In this document: positions 9,168 to 18,988 of the stretch, in pieces
Layout of the letters: each line of letters begins with the position of its first letter
Position numbering within the stretch: position 1 is the stretch's first letter
Assembly: GCA_963700635.1 (NCBI GenBank)
Contig: CAVOYH010000004.1
Coordinates: 32,001 to 96,000, forward strand
DNA length: 64,000 nt
Source of the DNA: an uncultured Bacteroidota bacterium
GTDB taxonomy: Bacteria > Bacteroidota > Ignavibacteria > UBA10030 > UBA6906
Direction of reading: 5' to 3'
Notes under the pieces: generated by a model
What the model saw: the letters and a program-made list of their open reading frames with translations, nothing else
What the model was told of the DNA's origin: nothing
Databases searched by the model: none
Program-made: the position numbers and the translations under genes

Positions 9168-10952
9168 ATGATCGACTCCATAAAACAAGTTAATCTTCTT
9201 GATCTGGTGGTCATCATCACCTACCTTCTGCTCTTGACCGGCGTTGGAATTTACCTGACCCGGTTCAACAAGAGCGTGGATGATTTTTTTAAGGGTGGTG
9301 GAAAGATTCCCTGGTGGATTGCGGGACTCTCGACCTTTGTTGCGGGTTTTTCCGCATTTATGTTTGTGGCCGCCGCCGGGTATACATATAAGAACGGGCT
9401 TGGCGCAGTCGTGCTCTTTACCTCCGCGGTATGGGGATACGGTCTCGGATATTTGATCTATGCGGTGCGATGGCGCCGGGCCAGACTCTCCTCGCCCATG
9501 GAATTTCTGACGCGACGATTCTCCCAGGGAACAACGTATTACTACACACTGTTGTCCATTGTTCCGTCGATTATGGGTCTCGGGCTGGGGATCTATATCC
9601 TGTGTATTTTTATTGCAACAGCCCTCGGGATTATGTCGGTGACGGTGAATATCGGATTCATGATGCTCACCGGACTCGAGTTGTCCATGATCGTCACAGG
9701 GCTGGTTATGCTGGTGTATACAAGCGCCGGGGGACTCTGGGCGGTGGTGATCACGGATTCCCTCCAGTTCTTTATTATTCTCGTAATTTCACTTCTGATT
9801 TTCCCCCTCACCTTCATCGAACTCGGCGGGACCTGGAACATACTGGATGGTTTCCAGCGGCTGATCGCTGAGGCGCCGCCGGATTATATCAGCCTGGCCG
9901 ACGTGTTCACGCGTCCCCTGTTTTATCTCGCCTACCTGGTCAGCATCTTCATCGGCTACAATGCCGCCTGGCATATCGGCCAACGGTATTACAGCGTTCC
10001 TACGGAAGGTGATGCGCGCAAGATGGCCCTGCTCTGTGCGGGACTGAGTCTGGTGCTGCCGTTCCTGTGGATCGCACCGACCATGGGTGCACGGGTCCTC
10101 TTTCCTGATATCGCCTCACTCTGGCCACAACTGGCGGAACCGGCGGAGGCCTCATACGTGACCCTTGCCCTGACACTCCTGCCGAACGGATTGATCGGGC
10201 TGACACTCTCGGCGATTCTCGCAGCCACGATGACTTCTATTGACACCCAGCTGAACTACCTTGCGTCCATTCTGGTCCGCGATGTGTACGTCAAAATTCG
10301 TGAGGACTTTATGGGCGTGATTGCCGGGCAGAAGGAGCAGTTGACGGCCGGGCGCCTCACCGCTTTTACGCTGGGCATTCTTGCGATCATCACAGCCATC
10401 ATCGTTCAGAGGACCAAGGGAGTCTTTGATTTTGCACTGATGTACTATTCCTGGTTTGCGCCGTCGATGCTGACGCCGGTCATGCTGGGATTTGTGTACA
10501 AGAAAACACCATCCTGGTCTGCCATTGCTGCGGCCACGGCTGGTCTCGTGCTGGTGTTCGTCGTTAATGTGCTGGTGGACGTTGCTCCGTACCAGTACGA
10601 AGTGAACATCTTTGGCGGAGTGGGTGTGACCACGCTGGTCTTTTTTCTGTCCGGGTTGTGGAAGGAACGAAACCCTTCAATCCTGAAGAGCCAGGGCGCG
10701 TTCAGTGTGGATATGCAAACGCCCGCCGTTGATGATCATCTCCGGTGGTCCGGCAATGCACTGTCTTCGTACAGGATCGTCGGGTTTCTCACCGCCACGA
10801 TTGGCGTTGTGGTGATTGCCCTCGGGTTTGTGCCGACAACGATGTTCGTGCACGTGATCACCCTTGTCCTTGGTGCGGGCACGGCCTCGCTCGGGTGGTT
10901 GATGGTCTGGTATTTCCGGCGTCAGACGCGCCTTCTGAAAAAAGCGGAATAG
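9168..10952 (+). CDS. Sodium:solute symporter (SSS family)
   Basis: About 14 hydrophobic segments. Motifs 'DDFFKGGGKIPWW', 'YTSAGGLWAVVITDSLQ', 'LAATMTSID'. Confidence 0.92.
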   Translation: MIDSIKQVNLLDLVVIITYLLLLTGVGIYLTRFNKSVDDFFKGGGKIPWWIAGLSTFVAGFSAFMFVAAAGYTYKNGLGAVVLFTSAVWGYGLGYLIYAVRWRRARLSSPMEFLTRRFSQGTTYYYTLLSIVPSIMGLGLGIYILCIFIATALGIMSVTVNIGFMMLTGLELSMIVTGLVMLVYTSAGGLWAVVITDSLQFFIILVISLLIFPLTFIELGGTWNILDGFQRLIAEAPPDYISLADVFTRPLFYLAYLVSIFIGYNAAWHIGQRYYSVPTEGDARKMALLCAGLSLVLPFLWIAPTMGARVLFPDIASLWPQLAEPAEASYVTLALTLLPNGLIGLTLSAILAATMTSIDTQLNYLASILVRDVYVKIREDFMGVIAGQKEQLTAGRLTAFTLGILAIITAIIVQRTKGVFDFALMYYSWFAPSMLTPVMLGFVYKKTPSWSAIAAATAGLVLVFVVNVLVDVAPYQYEVNIFGGVGVTTLVFFLSGLWKERNPSILKSQGAFSVDMQTPAVDDHLRWSGNALSSYRIVGFLTATIGVVVIALGFVPTTMFVHVITLVLGAGTASLGWLMVWYFRRQTRLLKKAE

Positions 10953-10972
10953 CAAAGGAAGGAAACGAGGCA

Positions 10973-11896
10973 ATGCAGCGAATCATAAGGGTCAGTGCGG
11001 CACAGATGCCTACCGCGTTTGAGGGAAGATCGTTTGCGGTGAAACAGAAGAAAAACAGGGCAACGATTCTCGCAACGTTGCGTGTGGCAGGTGAACGGAA
11101 ATCCGATCTTGTGCTCTTCGGGGAATATGCAAACCTCCATCACCGTACCTGGTCGACCAACCTCAGGGAATATGTCCCGGATCCGATACCCGGGAGTTTT
11201 ACGAGGGCTGTCGGCGCTGCAGCCAGACGCTACCGCATGAATGTTGCCATGCCGATGTTTGGCCGGTACAAGGGGGTGCTCTCCAGCTATGTTGTCCTCT
11301 TTGATCGGTCCGGGGAGATTCTACACTGCTACCAGAAGGCTCACCCCACCGAGCCGGAACAGGATATGGGAATCCGGCCCGGAAATGACCTTCCTGTGTA
11401 CACGCTCGACTGTGCGCGCATCGGGATCATGACCTGCATGGACATCGAATACCCGGAAGTCGCCCAGGTGTTGATGGTGCGGGGGGCTGAACTCCTGCTG
11501 TTTCCCCACGTGCAGGCGTCATGGGGAGAGGTGGATTGGGAGATCCGATACCGGGCGCGCGCCATCGATACAGGACTCCCGGTAATTTCCGCGTGTTACG
11601 GGTATCCCGAAGGGGAGTGGCTTCCGGGGAAGATGACAGGCCGGACCAGCGTCGTGGGGCGGGACGGACTGATCCTCGCTGATCTCGCACGCCGGATCGA
11701 TACGCTGACATTCGATCTGGATCTTTCGCGAGGCCGGGTGACGCAATTCTTTTTTAACACGCCGTTTCCACGTACAGAGGCCGTCATTGCGTCCCGGCGT
11801 CCTGAATTGTATACCACTTTGGGGGAATCTGAGAGCAAGAACCGTATGCTTGAGCGCTTGCGCAAGCGTACAAAGAAAGGGGCTGCCAATGCCTGA
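10973..11896 (+). CDS. Carbon-nitrogen hydrolase (nitrilase superfamily)
   Basis: Glu-Lys-Cys triad in LFGEY, YQKAH and MTCMD. C-terminal RRPELY. ATG 10973 after GAGG. Confidence 0.88.
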   Translation: MQRIIRVSAAQMPTAFEGRSFAVKQKKNRATILATLRVAGERKSDLVLFGEYANLHHRTWSTNLREYVPDPIPGSFTRAVGAAARRYRMNVAMPMFGRYKGVLSSYVVLFDRSGEILHCYQKAHPTEPEQDMGIRPGNDLPVYTLDCARIGIMTCMDIEYPEVAQVLMVRGAELLLFPHVQASWGEVDWEIRYRARAIDTGLPVISACYGYPEGEWLPGKMTGRTSVVGRDGLILADLARRIDTLTFDLDLSRGRVTQFFFNTPFPRTEAVIASRRPELYTTLGESESKNRMLERLRKRTKKGAANA

Positions 11897-12683
11897 CACA
11901 ACACCCGTAGCGATCATTACCGGCGCGAGCCGCGGATTAGGCCGGGGCATCGCCCGCCGGCTTGCCGAGCAGGGACTCTCACTCGTCATTAACTATGCCG
12001 GAAACGCCGACGCCGCGGCGGAAACCGCTGAACTCTGCAAATCCAGACAATCACACCTGGACCAGCGGTTTATCACATTTCAAGCGGACATGGCTCTTCA
12101 GGAAGACCGGCAGAGGCTTGTACAGCAAACCCTGACCGCTCTCGGGCGTATTGATGTCCTCGTGAACAACGCCGGAATCGGCCCGCGTGTGCGTGCGGAT
12201 CTCACGGAAACGACGCCTGAGTCTTTTGCACATGTCCTCCAGGTTAACCTTGAAGGACCCTTCTTCCTATCCCAGGCGGTGGCGAACTACTGGCTGGAAC
12301 AACGACCGGATCCGATTCTCCCGCACGGCTTTACGGTGGTCAATGTTTCTTCCATATCGGCAAATACAGCATCTCTGAACAGAGGCGAATACTGCATTTC
12401 CAAGGCCGGACTGGCCATGGTCACCCAGTTGTGGGCGTTACGTCTGGCATCCTCACGGGTTCACGTCTACGAACTCCGACCCGGTATTATGGCCACTGAC
12501 ATGACTGCCAGCGCCAAGGACAAGTACGATAGACTGCTCGGAGAAGGCCTGGTGCCGCAAAACCGATGGGGAAGCCCCGACGACGTCGGAAAGGCTGTCG
12601 GTGCGCTGGTACGGGGCGATCTGGCCTACTCAACGGGTGAGGTGATCTACCTGGATGGCGGGATGCATATGAGGAAACTCTAG
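11889..12683 (+). CDS. SDR family oxidoreductase (FabG-like; probable sugar-acid reductase)
   Basis: TGASRGLG, NNAG and YCISK (YxxxK) motifs. Confidence 0.9.
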   Translation: MPDTTPVAIITGASRGLGRGIARRLAEQGLSLVINYAGNADAAAETAELCKSRQSHLDQRFITFQADMALQEDRQRLVQQTLTALGRIDVLVNNAGIGPRVRADLTETTPESFAHVLQVNLEGPFFLSQAVANYWLEQRPDPILPHGFTVVNVSSISANTASLNRGEYCISKAGLAMVTQLWALRLASSRVHVYELRPGIMATDMTASAKDKYDRLLGEGLVPQNRWGSPDDVGKAVGALVRGDLAYSTGEVIYLDGGMHMRKL

Positions 12684-12737
12684 GAACCATGAAGAACGGC
12701 AGGTGGAAAATCACTGCCTGAAAGGATTATCTGTACA

Positions 12738-14126
12738 ATGATACGGATTGAAGAGTCGATTACAGCGGAACACCTGCTGCCGCGCGTGACGCGAGTGTTT
12801 GACCTGTCCGCGAAAAAACTTACCCTGCTCCAGAACGCCTGGAATCCCCATCATGGCACACCCGTGTTCACGGAGAACGGGGTGTACACCTCGCGCGGAT
12901 GGACCGAATGGACACAGGGGTTCCAGTTCGGGTCAGCCATTCTGCAGTTCGATGCTACAGGAGAGCACGCGGCGCTGGAAACCGGAAGAAGGGCGACTGT
13001 GGATTGTATGGCTACCCACGTCAGCCATGTCGGAGTGCATGACCACGGTTTTAACAACGTGAGCACGTACGGCAATCTGCTCAGGCTGATGCACGAAGGA
13101 CGCATTCCGGACCAGGAGTGGGAACGCGCATACTACGAACTTGCCCTGAAAGTGAGCGGAGCCGTCCAGGCTGCGAGGTGGACTGATCTGGGCAACGGCG
13201 ACGGATACATCTATTCGTTCAACGGCCCGCATTCCCTGTTTGCCGATACTGTGCGTTCTCTCCGCGTGCTTGGTGTAGCACACCAACTCGGCCACGTGCT
13301 GATGGGCGAAAAAGACAGGAAAATCTCGCTCCTTGAACGTCTGATCGTCCATGCCTTTACAACGGCAAAATACAACGTCTACTTCGGCGAGGGCCGGGAC
13401 GCATACGATATCCGGGGTCGTGTTGCGCATGAATCGATCTTCAACCTGAACGATGGGTCGTATCGCTGTCCAAGTTCACAACAGGGGTACTCGCCGTTTT
13501 CGACCTGGACACGGGGGCTGGCATGGATTCTCTGCGGGTTTGCGGAACAGCTCGAGTACCTTTGTACCCTGTCAGACTCCGCTTTTCCGAAAGGCAGGAA
13601 GAAGGCCGAGGTGATGTCAACCTTCCTCAACACTGCCAGTGCAGTGGCCGATTTCTATATTGACCAGTCGCCGACCGACGGAATTCCGTACTGGGACACC
13701 GGGGCCCCCGGACTTGCCAGGATGGGGGACTACCTGCAGAAACCCGCCGATCCGCTGAATGACCACGAACCGGTGGACAGTTCCGCGGCGTTGATCGCTG
13801 CACAGGGCCTGCTCCGCCTGGGACTCTACTTGAAGGGGATCGGGAAAAAGGATAACGGGAGCCGGTACTTCCAGGCGGGACTCACAGTAGTAAAGCATGT
13901 TTTTGATGAGCCGTATCTCTCCCTCGGTGAAACCCATCAGGGGCTTATACTCCATTCGGTCTACCACCGCCCCAATGGGTGGGACTATGTTCCCGCGGGG
14001 GGGAAGATTCCTTGCGGCGAGTCGACAATGTGGGGTGACTACCACGCGCGGGAACTTGCCCTTATGGTGTTGCGGATGGCAAAAGGAGAACCGGTTCCGG
14101 CGTTCTTTCTCACCCCACGGCGGTGA
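12738..14126 (+). CDS. GH88-like unsaturated glucuronyl hydrolase
   Basis: Motifs 'WTEWTQGF', 'HDHGF', 'QGYSPFSTWTRGLAW', 'PYWD', 'DSSAALIAAQG', 'WGDY'. Confidence 0.82.
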   Translation: MIRIEESITAEHLLPRVTRVFDLSAKKLTLLQNAWNPHHGTPVFTENGVYTSRGWTEWTQGFQFGSAILQFDATGEHAALETGRRATVDCMATHVSHVGVHDHGFNNVSTYGNLLRLMHEGRIPDQEWERAYYELALKVSGAVQAARWTDLGNGDGYIYSFNGPHSLFADTVRSLRVLGVAHQLGHVLMGEKDRKISLLERLIVHAFTTAKYNVYFGEGRDAYDIRGRVAHESIFNLNDGSYRCPSSQQGYSPFSTWTRGLAWILCGFAEQLEYLCTLSDSAFPKGRKKAEVMSTFLNTASAVADFYIDQSPTDGIPYWDTGAPGLARMGDYLQKPADPLNDHEPVDSSAALIAAQGLLRLGLYLKGIGKKDNGSRYFQAGLTVVKHVFDEPYLSLGETHQGLILHSVYHRPNGWDYVPAGGKIPCGESTMWGDYHARELALMVLRMAKGEPVPAFFLTPRR

Positions 14127-15093
14127 AAAAGGCTTCCAGGTTTGCCAGCGGCACCTGGGCCGGGATGTCACAACCTGATGAAATGACGAAGTTTTTCCTG
14201 GATGACGTCTCTGCGAGCAGGGCCTTCGTCCGGGTACGTAGTTCATCGGCGGAGGCGCCGACAAAGATCTCTGATGGATCGAGATTCCCACAGAGAATGA
14301 TATCATCAGGCACCTGTTGCAGCGCGTTCACGAGATCCATGGGTTTCCCGAAATGGAGAATGCGCGCACCCGAATCAAGTGTTGCCTGGAGATGTCCGAT
14401 GCGTGCACCACAATTGTGCAAGATAATCTGAAATCCACCGTCCTCGACGGCCTCGATGATCCTTCGTACATAGGGGGATGAAAACTCCCTGACGGACGCA
14501 GGGGACATAAGGCCGGCAGTAGGCTCTGCGATAACCACACCGTGCGCACCCGCTTTTTTGAACTCTGCGGCATACCGCATCAGGTATGCCGTCGTCTTTT
14601 CGAGGAGTGTGTGTATCATTTCCGGTTCTCCTGCTGTTTCCACGAGGGACTCGCTGACGCCAAACAGCCTGCCGGCCAGTGAGAAGGGGCCGATCATCCC
14701 TCCCAGCACAATGGCATCGTCAACGGATGCAGCCAGTCTCTCAACGGTACCCAGGTACACGCGCGCACGGTTTGTCCCGATTGCGGGAACTGACAGGGCT
14801 CTGATCATTTCCGGATTGCTCACCAGCCGCCCTGTTACGGTCGGGACTTCCCAATCCGACATCAGGACCTCTGCGCCGAATTCTTCCGCCTCAACGCTCA
14901 AATCCATTGCCGACATCACAAAGGGCGTCTTGAACCTTCTGTGGAGTTCATGCTGGGCGGCGACCTGGCGTTCAACGTCGGTAACCATGGCCCGGACCGT
15001 TGTACCGGTCAACGGTGCGCCCGGGAATGTCAGCACAGGCATAGCCAGCCGCCCGGGAGATGAGAGAATCCGTTCAGAGAGAGAAACCATCAA
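14110..15093 (-). CDS. URO-D family methylcobamide methyltransferase (MtaA/CmuA, MT2-like)
   Basis: 'GPFSLAG', 'IAEP', Zn-ligand 'HNCG', 'GNLDP', 'SSGCD'. The 3' end overlaps the convergent GH88-like gene by 17 nt. Confidence 0.85.
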   Translation of the reverse strand: MMVSLSERILSSPGRLAMPVLTFPGAPLTGTTVRAMVTDVERQVAAQHELHRRFKTPFVMSAMDLSVEAEEFGAEVLMSDWEVPTVTGRLVSNPEMIRALSVPAIGTNRARVYLGTVERLAASVDDAIVLGGMIGPFSLAGRLFGVSESLVETAGEPEMIHTLLEKTTAYLMRYAAEFKKAGAHGVVIAEPTAGLMSPASVREFSSPYVRRIIEAVEDGGFQIILHNCGARIGHLQATLDSGARILHFGKPMDLVNALQQVPDDIILCGNLDPSEIFVGASADELRTRTKALLAETSSRKNFVISSGCDIPAQVPLANLEAFFTAVG

Positions 15094-15124
15094 CGATGCA
15101 TCCTTCGTGGTGATGACGAGATTG

Positions 15125-16648
15125 TTATTCGTGCGGGGTAAGTGGACCCGGGAAGATCATTTCTTCAACGTAGGTGTCCTGGAAGCCTTCGAGTCCACTG
15201 AGCGAGACGTGTTGTATACGCGCGGCGAGCCTGTCGAAGGTTTCCGGGGATGTAAAAAGAGCCATCTTGGCACCCAGCAGAGCCGTGTTGCCCGCAGGGT
15301 GGATCTGTGCGGAGTCGAATGGTAGAAGGCCGATACGCTGGGCGCTTGTTGTGTTGATATAGTTGCCGAAGGCCCCGGCCAGGAGTACCCGCCCCACCCC
15401 GTCATGGGTCGTTCCGAATTCCCGGAGCAAAAGCCGTATCCCGGCTCCTATGGCCCCCTTTGCAAGCTGTAACTCCCGGATATCGGTCTGGGAAATCTTC
15501 ACCGGCGGGCAGAGCATGATCGATTTTCCGCCATCAGTGAACCTCCCTCCGGTTTTGATGCGTCCGAGTGAAAGGGAGGCGGCGACTGCATCAACAAGGC
15601 CGCTTCCGCAGATTCCGCGAGGCGGAACATTGCCCAGGACCCGGCAGACAAGTTCCTCTCCTTCCACGTGTACGGCCGAAACCGCGCCGGTTGATGCCCG
15701 CATCCCCATGTAAATCCTCGCGCCTTCGAAGGCCGGTCCGGCCGCCGTGGATGCGCAGACCATCCGTTCGCTATTGCCCACAACGACCTCACCATTGGTG
15801 CCCAGGTCAACGAGGACCAGGACATCTTTGGAGTGATGCAGGCCGGTAGCGAATACGCCCGCAAGAATGTCGCTGCCCACGAATCCCCCGATGCCGGGCA
15901 GAAATCGGATTGTCGGAGTGCCCGGAGTGCTCCATCCCAGATCACGGGATGTAAATATTTTCTGTTCCAGGGTCTCCGGCTCAAAGGGGTAATGGGACAA
16001 CGGCGTGGTGTTGATATCACAGAAGAAGTGATGCATGACGGTATTTCCGACAAGGACGATGTCCTTGAGGGCGTGAACCTCTTCCGGTGTTGCGTCAAGG
16101 AGTTCACCGATCATCTTCCCGATCTGTTTCCGCAGTACGGTGACGAGCGTTGAGTGTCCGGTCGGATCGGCCGCATGGGAGACGCGGCTCATGATGTCAG
16201 CGCCAAACCGTGCCTGCGGATTGAGTCCGCTGCGCACAGCGAGCACTTCTCCGCGGCTGAGATCGAGCAGCTGGGCCACGATTGTTGTCGAGCCGACATC
16301 CACCGCGATGCCAAAACCCTCACGCGGCGTGAAAGAGAAGTCCGATGTATCGGCAAGAATTTGAGCTTCCCACTGAGCAAGCTCGAGGGTGAGGTCGCCG
16401 TCGGCACGACACTGGCACGAGAGACGCCACCCTGCGGCACATTCGTCGGGCGAGAGCATATGCTCCTGCACGGGTGACAGCGGGAGGGACCCTTCGAGCA
16501 CCCGTACGCGGCATCCTTTACATTTTCCGTTCCCACCGCAGGGAAACTCGACGCCGTAGGCGAAGAGGAGATCCTGCAGGGGGGTTCCCCGCGGGGTGTC
16601 AATATCCACGCCCATCGGGCGAAGGCGAATGCGGACCGTGCCACTCAT
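15125..16648 (-). CDS. ASKHA-domain reductive activator of corrinoid proteins (RACo/DUF4445) with N-terminal 2Fe-2S ferredoxin
   Basis: CGGNGKCKGC...LSCQC ferredoxin. Motifs DVGSTT, DLGTNGE, AGPAFEG, GICGSG, LAGAFG. Confidence 0.9.
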   Translation of the reverse strand: MSGTVRIRLRPMGVDIDTPRGTPLQDLLFAYGVEFPCGGNGKCKGCRVRVLEGSLPLSPVQEHMLSPDECAAGWRLSCQCRADGDLTLELAQWEAQILADTSDFSFTPREGFGIAVDVGSTTIVAQLLDLSRGEVLAVRSGLNPQARFGADIMSRVSHAADPTGHSTLVTVLRKQIGKMIGELLDATPEEVHALKDIVLVGNTVMHHFFCDINTTPLSHYPFEPETLEQKIFTSRDLGWSTPGTPTIRFLPGIGGFVGSDILAGVFATGLHHSKDVLVLVDLGTNGEVVVGNSERMVCASTAAGPAFEGARIYMGMRASTGAVSAVHVEGEELVCRVLGNVPPRGICGSGLVDAVAASLSLGRIKTGGRFTDGGKSIMLCPPVKISQTDIRELQLAKGAIGAGIRLLLREFGTTHDGVGRVLLAGAFGNYINTTSAQRIGLLPFDSAQIHPAGNTALLGAKMALFTSPETFDRLAARIQHVSLSGLEGFQDTYVEEMIFPGPLTPHE

Positions 16649-16650
16649 TG

Positions 16651-17397
16651 TTATCCGGGCTCCGCAGTAATGATACGATCGTCATGAGTCGGGACAACCC
16701 TGTGTCCGGGTGGCACGACAAGAAAGTCGCTTTCGTCCCACTCACCGCGAACGAGCCGTTCCAGCAGCGTCAGGTTTCCCTGGACGCGTTCGTAGGACCA
16801 GCCGTTTTCGCGAGCGCGGTCCTGCGCAGTGTTTTCGAACTGCGCATTAGGTTCTATGCCCATGGAGAGGAAGGTGATCTGGCGGTAATGTCTGGTCATG
16901 TCACAGAGTTGATCAAACAGAAACCGGGCGTTCTCTTCGCCGTATTTCTCCACGAGTTGCTCGTACGTGAGGTCCATGCCGTTTTTGTTCTGGATCGACA
17001 GCTGGCGGAGTTCCCCGGTGGGATCTCCCCCCCGTTCGATCCAGCCGGATGTCAGGAAATACGTGCCGGGATTATTCTGGAAGTAGTCCAGATACTTGTC
17101 CCTGCTCCCGAAGAACAAGGTCATACAATCATGGCCCCGGGGAATGACAACGGGCAGGGTTCGCGCACACAATCCTGTAATCCCATTGTTGCAGAGTGCG
17201 TATCCCAGGAGGATGGCATCATAACCGGGCGTGTCTGCAGCATCCACCGCGGCCTGCAGTCGTTCCACCATTCCTGCTGAACCGATATCGTGCAGCCCTT
17301 TGGGGAGGAAACAGTGGTCGACCTGATGCGGGGAATGCGCGATCAGGTGACACAACTCGCGGTAGAGGACTTCGCAGGATACCAGGTTAAATTTCAT
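16651..17397 (-). CDS. DUF1638 domain protein
   Basis: Start MKFNLVSCEVL. Motifs 'LPKGLH', 'LLGYALCNNG', 'HDCMTLFFGS', 'GTYFLTSGW'. Confidence 0.8.
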   Translation of the reverse strand: MKFNLVSCEVLYRELCHLIAHSPHQVDHCFLPKGLHDIGSAGMVERLQAAVDAADTPGYDAILLGYALCNNGITGLCARTLPVVIPRGHDCMTLFFGSRDKYLDYFQNNPGTYFLTSGWIERGGDPTGELRQLSIQNKNGMDLTYEQLVEKYGEENARFLFDQLCDMTRHYRQITFLSMGIEPNAQFENTAQDRARENGWSYERVQGNLTLLERLVRGEWDESDFLVVPPGHRVVPTHDDRIITAEPG

Positions 17398-17429
17398 GTG
17401 GTCAGACAGAATGGGTAAGAAGGGAAATG

Positions 17430-18323
17430 TCAGCGTATGGTATGGGACAAGGCCTCGACGAACATGGGCGAAGTCCCGCAACACCCGCCGATAAAGGCGA
17501 CGCCGGCATCGCGGAGCGCGAGGGCCTGTGTGGCAAACTCTTCAGGTGTCGTCCGGTAGGTTACCGTACCACCGACCATTTCAGGGAGTCCGGCATTCGG
17601 CTTGATCCACAGAGGGAGGTCCGTTGCAGCTCTGAGTCTTCTGGCGATGGGTATATATCCCTCCATACCCAATCCGCAATTCGCACCGACAACATCGACG
17701 CCGGCGGCGGCGAGCTCTTGTGCCACCTGTTCCGGCGTTGAACCCATCATGGTCCGGTCCTTATCTTTTCCCGAGTCAAAAACCATTGAGGCCACAACGG
17801 GGAGTCCGGTGGCGCGGGCGGCCTTGATGGCAAGCGTAGCTTCCTGAAGATCGGACATGGTTTCAATGACCAGCGCATCGGCGCCGGCCGCAGCGAGCGC
17901 GGTGGCCTGTTCTTCAAATGCTTGCAGAACATCGTTTTCCGTCACCTCTTCGGTCATCAACAATTTCCCCGTCGGTCCGATTGACGCAAAGACCGCTGCG
18001 CGAGAGCCGGCCGCGGCGCGGGAAATGCGTACGCCGATGGAATTGATTTCCGCAGTCTTGTCGGCCAGGCCAAAACCATCCAGCGCAATGCGGTTACTGC
18101 GGAACGTGTTCGTGAGGATGACGTTACTCCCGGCCTCGATATAAAATTGTCCGACACGCTTCACGTGCTCCGGATGCGTCAGATTCCAGCCGTCCGGGCA
18201 TTCGCCCGGAGGCAGACCGAGGGCCTGGAGTTGGGTTCCCCAGGCCCCGTCAGTGATAACTGGAGTTGAACGCAGTAAGCGTGTGAGGGTCGGATGCATA
18301 ACGTGCGCGTCTCCCCGGGACAT
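17430..18323 (-). CDS. Stand-alone homocysteine S-methyltransferase (MetH Hcy-binding domain)
   Basis: DGAWGT, TNTF, ETMSD, Zn ligands GANCG and GGCCG, KPNAGLP. Alternative start at 18299. Confidence 0.9.
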   Translation of the reverse strand: MSRGDAHVMHPTLTRLLRSTPVITDGAWGTQLQALGLPPGECPDGWNLTHPEHVKRVGQFYIEAGSNVILTNTFRSNRIALDGFGLADKTAEINSIGVRISRAAAGSRAAVFASIGPTGKLLMTEEVTENDVLQAFEEQATALAAAGADALVIETMSDLQEATLAIKAARATGLPVVASMVFDSGKDKDRTMMGSTPEQVAQELAAAGVDVVGANCGLGMEGYIPIARRLRAATDLPLWIKPNAGLPEMVGGTVTYRTTPEEFATQALALRDAGVAFIGGCCGTSPMFVEALSHTIR

Positions 18324-18326
18324 GAT

Positions 18327-18962
18327 TCAGGCAGCGACGAGTTTTCGGGCGAGTGCGACGGCCCCGTTGGCGTTGGTGCTGTATCCGTCTGCGCCGATCT
18401 CCTGCGCATACTTTTCCGTGACGGGTGCCCCACCGATCATGATTTTCACTTGGTTGCGCACGCCGGCGGCTTTGATCGCTTCCACGGTGGTTTTCATCGA
18501 GTTCATGGTAGTCGTCAGTAGGGCCGACATCGCCACGAGGGTGGCTTTTTTCTCGTTCAGGGCGGCGATGAACTTTTCGGGCGGAACATCAACACCAAGG
18601 TCGATGACCTCGAATCCTGCGCCCTCCAGCATGGCGGCAACAAGATTTTTCCCGATGTCGTGAAGGTCGCCCTTCACGGTGCCGATGACCACCCGGCCGG
18701 CCGGTTCCGCGCCTTTCGCGACGAGGAGGGGACGGATAAACTCGAGTGACGCCTTCATGGCGCGGGCAGAGATGAGGAGTTCCGGAACAAAGTATTCATT
18801 TGCTTCGTACCGGCGTCCGACTTCGTCCATGGCGGGGATCATGTGTTCCTGTACCATGGCCTGGGGGTCCGCACCTGCTGCGAGTGCTTGTTGCGTAATT
18901 TCCCTGGCTGCCTTAAAATTCCCCGTGAGGATTGCATCGTAGAGCTTTTTCAGATCTTCCAT
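18327..18962 (-). CDS. Corrinoid (B12-binding) methyltransferase protein
   Basis: Cap domain 'YFVPELLISARAM', DLHDIG (DxHxxG), SALLTTT, IGGAP, IGADGY. ATG at 18962 (MEDLKK). Confidence 0.93.
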   Translation of the reverse strand: MEDLKKLYDAILTGNFKAAREITQQALAAGADPQAMVQEHMIPAMDEVGRRYEANEYFVPELLISARAMKASLEFIRPLLVAKGAEPAGRVVIGTVKGDLHDIGKNLVAAMLEGAGFEVIDLGVDVPPEKFIAALNEKKATLVAMSALLTTTMNSMKTTVEAIKAAGVRNQVKIMIGGAPVTEKYAQEIGADGYSTNANGAVALARKLVAA

Positions 18963-18988
18963 GGCAGTAACTCTCCCGCGAATTGTGA

